From assembly GCA_964367815.1 (NCBI GenBank), contig CAYIYR010000003.1, positions 8,183 through 72,182 of the forward strand: a DNA stretch of 64,000 nucleotides, given 5' to 3'. Shown here piece after piece: positions 60,148-64,000 of the stretch. The stretch's first letter is position 1. The number at the start of each line of letters is the position of its first letter. The position numbers were made by a program, and so were the translations under genes. The notes under the pieces are model-generated. The model made no database searches and was not told where the DNA came from. It saw only the letters and a program-made list of their open reading frames with translations. Source of the stretch: an uncultured Eubacteriales bacterium. Lineage in GTDB: Bacteria > Bacillota_I > Bacilli_A > RFN20 > UBA1709.

Positions 60148-60903
60148 CTATTTTTGCTCTTCCTTCTCTTTATTACTTAAAATTTCGATTCTGGCTTCTA
60201 ACTCATCAGCTAATGCATCAATGATAATTTGTTGCATTGGTTTATCATCTCTTTCCAAATGATAGAGTTCAAAAGCTTTGATATAATCTTTCTTCTTGTT
60301 TACATGGATACAGATGTAAGGATATCCAGCTTTCATTAATTGATAATTAATGATTAAACGTCCAACTTGACCGTTGCCATCACCGAAGGGGTGAATGTTT
60401 TCAAACTTTAAGTGGAACAAGGCAACTCTTTCAATAATATCCAAATCTTGCATCTCAACATATTCTTCAAAAAGCTTGTTCATATAGTAGGAAATATGTC
60501 TTACTGGTGGTAAATTGCGAGCATGGGGAATAGTGATATAATCAGTCCGATACTGACCTTTAAAATCATTACTTGCACCCATATATACCAATGAATGTAG
60601 TTCCTTAACGATTGCTTCATCAACTTCAACATTGCCTTCAACAAGCTTCTTAACATACTTCATTGCTTCGTATAAACCGATTGTCTCTAATTCTTCTCTA
60701 TTATTATCTGTGACATTAGAAACACCCGAGTTTACAACATCCTTAACTTCATCTAAGGTTAAACTATTTCTTTCGATTCCATTGCATTGCCAGATAAAGA
60801 ATAATAAAGCTTCTTCTTCACATTCCTTGTTTCTTGCAGGATGAATGTGTTTTAATTCCTGATACTTTCCTAGTAATGCATAGAGTTCTTCACGCTTAGC
60901 CAT
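60148..60903 (-). CDS. Fic-domain protein with a non-canonical active-site motif
   Basis: HPFGDGNGQVGR versus canonical HxFx(D/E)GNGRxxR. N-terminal ...CNGIERNSLTLDEV... resembles the class II inhibitory-helix region. Confidence 0.8.
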   Translation of the reverse strand: MAKREELYALLGKYQELKHIHPARNKECEEEALLFFIWQCNGIERNSLTLDEVKDVVNSGVSNVTDNNREELETIGLYEAMKYVKKLVEGNVEVDEAIVKELHSLVYMGASNDFKGQYRTDYITIPHARNLPPVRHISYYMNKLFEEYVEMQDLDIIERVALFHLKFENIHPFGDGNGQVGRLIINYQLMKAGYPYICIHVNKKKDYIKAFELYHLERDDKPMQQIIIDALADELEARIEILSNKEKEEQK

Positions 60904-60969
60904 AATAACCGCCTCCTTTACTAATTATAGCATATTTCAATAGAAATAAAAGTGCTTATGACCTCTTTT

Positions 60970-61758
60970 CTATCGGCGTTTCATAAAAGCTTCATAGACC
61001 AATATTGAGCCAGCGATAGAGACATTTAAACAATCAATCTTCCCGCCCATAGGAATAAAGACTTCGGCATGCTTTTGATCATACCATTTCTTGTTAATTC
61101 CAAAGCGCTCATTTCCGATCACAATAGCAATTTTTCCCTGATAATCGTATGATTGATAATCTTTGCCCAAATCAGGCTCGCCAAGATAAATTGTATAATT
61201 ATTCTTAATCAGATAATCTTGAATTTCATTGTAATTACAGATGGTTTTTGCGTTTACTAATTCTAATCCTCTAGAAGACGTTAATGTTTTAGGATTGCTG
61301 AACTTACTCACTGGGTCACAGGCGACCACTAAGTCAACTTTCGCCGCATCGCAGGTCCTAATCATCGTGCCAAGATTTCCTGGGTTCTCAAGACCATCAA
61401 GAACGACTATAAAGGGGTATTCTTCGGGATTAGCCGACCTTAAATCCACATATTTCTGCTCCACAATGGCGATAAAACCAGTAGCATTTTCTTTCTCAAT
61501 AAGGGAAAGATAGGTCTTTGTACTGACTTCATATATTTGGGTAGAATTATGGGAGAAAAATTCTTTAATTGTTAATGCTTGGGGACTATGAACAAGCTCA
61601 GGACAATAAATAAACACCTTTAAACCAAGATGCTGATTCATTAGATAGCCAAAAGTAGTCAAATCTTCAATTACTGCCACTTCCCTAACAGGATGGCGTT
61701 TTAATTGCTTAATCTCTTTGACAATGGGATGGCTAATACCTATATTAAGTGTATTCAT
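60970..61758 (-). CDS. TrmH/SpoU-family RNA 2'-O-methyltransferase
   Basis: LENPGNLGTMIRT, VIGNERFGI, IPMGGKIDCLNVSIAGSILVYE. Confidence 0.85.
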   Translation of the reverse strand: MNTLNIGISHPIVKEIKQLKRHPVREVAVIEDLTTFGYLMNQHLGLKVFIYCPELVHSPQALTIKEFFSHNSTQIYEVSTKTYLSLIEKENATGFIAIVEQKYVDLRSANPEEYPFIVVLDGLENPGNLGTMIRTCDAAKVDLVVACDPVSKFSNPKTLTSSRGLELVNAKTICNYNEIQDYLIKNNYTIYLGEPDLGKDYQSYDYQGKIAIVIGNERFGINKKWYDQKHAEVFIPMGGKIDCLNVSIAGSILVYEAFMKRR

Positions 61759-61828
61759 CTAATCACCTATCTATATTGTATATTCTTTTCGTAGAAAAGT
61801 AAACGAGAAAAAATAAATGACCATTGTA

Positions 61829-61857
61829 TTGACACTATTGACCCAATAAGGTAAAAT
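61829..61857 (+). promoter_or_regulatory. Near-consensus sigma-A promoter of the tRNA-like gene
   Basis: TTGACA (61829-61834) - 17 nt - TAAAAT (61852-61857). Confidence 0.7.
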
Positions 61858-61867
61858 AATACCGCTT

Positions 61868-61941
61868 GCCACTATAGTTCAATGGCAAAACGGATCCATG
61901 GTAAGGATCAGTTCTCAGTCCGATTCTGAGTAGTGGCACCA
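61868..61941 (+). tRNA. tRNA-Thr(GGU)-like gene, atypical (C at T-loop position 55, C13-A22 mismatch, short D and variable loops), CCA encoded
   Basis: Hand-folded cloverleaf: GCCACUA|UA|GUUC-AAUGGCA-AAAC|G|GAUCC-AUGGUAA-GGAUC|AGUU|CUCAG-UCCGAUU-CUGAG|UAGUGGC|ACCA. Confidence 0.65.
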
Positions 61942-61951
61942 TTAAATGAGA

Positions 61952-61983
61952 AAGTGATAACTCGTGCTGTTATCACTTTTTTT
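61952..61983 (+). terminator. Strong intrinsic terminator after the tRNA-like gene
   Basis: AAGTGATAAC-tcgtgct-GTTATCACTT-TTTTT (perfect 10-bp stem). Confidence 0.9.
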
Positions 61984-61992
61984 GTCTGATAA

Positions 61993-62021
61993 TTGACAGT
62001 AAAATAACAATTTCATATAAT
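61993..62021 (+). promoter_or_regulatory. Consensus sigma-A promoter of the fabD-like operon
   Basis: TTGACA (61993-61998) - 17 nt - TATAAT (62016-62021). Confidence 0.75.
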
Positions 62022-62090
62022 GAAGTTACAGGTAATTTTTCTATAATAAGGGTCAATCAAATCTATATATAAGGGGGTATGAACTAAAAA

Positions 62091-63020
62091 ATGAGAATTG
62101 GCTTCATCTTTCCCAGTCAATCTACCCAATTTGTGGGAATGGGAAAAGAACTATACGATAATTTCCAAGTAGTCAGAGATGTTTTTGCTATCGCCGATAA
62201 CTATTATGATGGCAAAGTTTCGAAAATCTGCTTTGAAGGTCCAGCCGAGTTGCTTAATCAGACCGAATGGGCTCAACCATGTATACTTACGCTTAGTTAT
62301 GCAGTATTTAAATTACTTCAAGAGTACGATATAACTCCTCTTGCAGTAGGCGGCTTCTCTTTAGGAGAATTCTCAGCTCTAACAGCTGCTGGTGTAATAT
62401 CTTTTAAAGAAGCATTAAAGGTAATCAAAGTTCGAGCTCATGCTATGCAAGCAGCAGTTCCGCTAGGGGTTGGTAAAATGATTGCAGTACTCCATAATGA
62501 TTTACATCATGTCGATGAACTTGCAGCTTCCTGCAAAGGATATGCGACAGTGGCTAACGCAAACTCTTCAACAAATGCTCTTTATGCTGGCTATGCTTAT
62601 TCAATGGATGAATTTCACGCTAAATTAGATGCCGAGCACATCAAAAATCGTGTGATTACGGTTTCGGTACCATCTCATTGTAAGCTAATGTTACCGGCAA
62701 TTCCTGCTCTTACCGATGCTCTCTTCGATTGTCAAATCAAGGATCCTGTTATACCCTTATTGTCTGGATTTGATGGTCGCCCAGTCATCGATGGAATGGA
62801 TGCCGTACGAAAATCTATTGGTCAAACTTTTAATCCTGTCTTCTGTGAAAGAATTATTCGCAACATGAAAGAGATGGGAATTGATACCTATGTCGAAGTT
62901 GGCCCAAACAAAGTCTACAGTAAATATGTTAGAGAAATCACACCAGATTCTAACAGTCTCCATGTCGATAATCTAGAAAGTCTCAATGAAGTTTTGAGTT
63001 TACTCAAACAGAAAGGATAA
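62091..63020 (+). CDS. fabD: FabD-like acyl-carrier-protein S-malonyltransferase paralogue (divergent motifs)
   Basis: Collinear with my recollection of E. coli FabD. Retains the Ser nucleophile (GFSLGE), Arg (KVRAHAMQ) and His (VSVPSHCKLM). But FPGQGSQ->FPSQSTQ, GHSLGEY->GFSLGEF, SPGQ->SSTN, GPGK->GPNK. Confidence 0.7.
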   Translation: MRIGFIFPSQSTQFVGMGKELYDNFQVVRDVFAIADNYYDGKVSKICFEGPAELLNQTEWAQPCILTLSYAVFKLLQEYDITPLAVGGFSLGEFSALTAAGVISFKEALKVIKVRAHAMQAAVPLGVGKMIAVLHNDLHHVDELAASCKGYATVANANSSTNALYAGYAYSMDEFHAKLDAEHIKNRVITVSVPSHCKLMLPAIPALTDALFDCQIKDPVIPLLSGFDGRPVIDGMDAVRKSIGQTFNPVFCERIIRNMKEMGIDTYVEVGPNKVYSKYVREITPDSNSLHVDNLESLNEVLSLLKQKG

Positions 63021-63025
63021 TGAGA

Positions 63026-63442
63026 ATGAAAGAATATACTTCCTATTATTTAGTTAAATATGATGATTTGAATCATCACGGAACCCTATTTGCTGCCAAA
63101 ACTGCTTATTTATTTGTTGCTACCGGTTTTGCAGCTGCAGCGATGGCTGTCAATGATCCCGACAAAATTGTTTTGATCAAACTCCATGGAATGTCTTTTA
63201 CAAAGCCACTCGAAAAAGGTGATGTTATTCTCTGCAAAGGCCAAGTAGTCAAAGTCGGAAAAACTTCCCTCACCACTTATATTTCTATTTCTTCAATGCA
63301 TGGTTATACACCGGTTGAAGGTTATGCAACCTATGTTACCGTTGATGAAAACGGTAAAAAAGTACCACATGGCCTTGTTTTAGATGAGACCGATGACCCA
63401 GCGGAATTAAAGCATCGTGAGGAAGCCTTAAATCTGAAATAA
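63026..63442 (+). CDS. Hotdog-fold acyl-CoA thioesterase-like protein
   Basis: 138-140 aa; ...DDLNHHGTLFAAK...GMSFTKPLEKGDVILCKGQVVKVGKTSL...YVTVDENGKKVP fits the YciA/BFIT-type hotdog pattern. The ATG at 63026 has better GAAAGGA spacing than the ORF-track start at 63020. Confidence 0.55.
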   Translation: MKEYTSYYLVKYDDLNHHGTLFAAKTAYLFVATGFAAAAMAVNDPDKIVLIKLHGMSFTKPLEKGDVILCKGQVVKVGKTSLTTYISISSMHGYTPVEGYATYVTVDENGKKVPHGLVLDETDDPAELKHREEALNLK

Positions 63443-63488
63443 TCTAAATAAAACGAGAGAAATTATTCCCTCGTTTTTTCTTTGTTAA

Positions 63489-64000
63489 TTAATCATCTAA
63501 AATCCAATAGAATGGATAAGAATGTGATAGATATTTTATATTATCTTGCTCATCAAGTAAGCCAAAGAAACGAACCATAATCTTTTGTGTATCACCAACC
63601 GAATACAGTTTTAAAGTTTCGGTTATTTTCTTACGAAAAACATAAAGTTTCCGGTAATCAGTTAAATCATCTTCTAAGGCTTGAAAGTCCTTAGCAATCT
63701 CATCATCTAATAAGCTGTGGTTCAAAAGTCTACCAATTCCATAAAACATTTCTTTGTTTCTTTCAACTGTTAAGGAGTCAAAGGATAAACCATCAATTTT
63801 GACTGTATTTTTAAGCAGTTTATTTATCTTTTCATCATTCTTCAGCACTTTCAAATCATCATCAAATTCTGCCATATCACTTTCCGCGCCATCATAACAA
63901 TCGACATGGTTCTTATCCATCGGAAAATGAAATTCTATAAGTTTAATTTTATTCTCTTTTACGATGAAGGAGATGTTCAATAGGCGATTCTCATAATGAC
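63489..64000 (-). CDS. Hypothetical acidic protein; the frame stays open to the window end, so the N-terminus may be outside
   Basis: The ORF track starts at TTG 63980, but I see no in-frame stop between 63981 and 64000. No recognised motif. Confidence 0.4.
   Translation of the reverse strand, partial: HYENRLLNISFIVKENKIKLIEFHFPMDKNHVDCYDGAESDMAEFDDDLKVLKNDEKINKLLKNTVKIDGLSFDSLTVERNKEMFYGIGRLLNHSLLDDEIAKDFQALEDDLTDYRKLYVFRKKITETLKLYSVGDTQKIMVRFFGLLDEQDNIKYLSHSYPFYWILDD

Overview
AT-rich (by eye roughly mid-30s %GC, not computed) Bacillota-type chromosomal segment that is almost entirely housekeeping, with about 72 CDS, mostly on the minus strand. It contains Bacillus-like conserved blocks: spoIIE-tilS-hpt-ftsH-hslO, pcrA-ligA, tsaE-tsaB-rimI-tsaD, tmk-holB-ricT-rsmI and cmk-der. 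It also carries leuS, asnS, metK, hpf, typA, an EF-G paralogue, a partial lysine/DAP cluster (aspartokinase-dapF-dapL), NfnAB plus a ferredoxin, a heterodimeric ABC exporter pair, an SdpR/SdpI pair and sporulation markers (spoIIE, cse60-like, CotF-like). Four cis-regulatory RNAs can be read directly from the sequence: T-box leaders for leuS and asnS, a SAM-I riboswitch for metK and an FMN riboswitch for ribU. I saw no CRISPR array, rRNA, transposase, integrase, phage genes or recognisable defence island, so I cannot point to a clear multi-gene novel system. The most unusual items are: (1) a monocistronic tRNA-Thr(GGU)-like gene with substitutions at near-invariant tRNA positions; (2) a single-polypeptide fusion of the YtqA-type radical SAM enzyme with the YtqB/MnmM methyltransferase; (3) a tightly overlapped four-gene operon of uncharacterised membrane proteins; (4) a Fic protein with a non-canonical active-site motif; (5) an orphan, motif-divergent FabD-like acyltransferase with a hotdog thioesterase under a consensus promoter. 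All functional calls rest on motif recognition by eye and on synteny. No database search was run.
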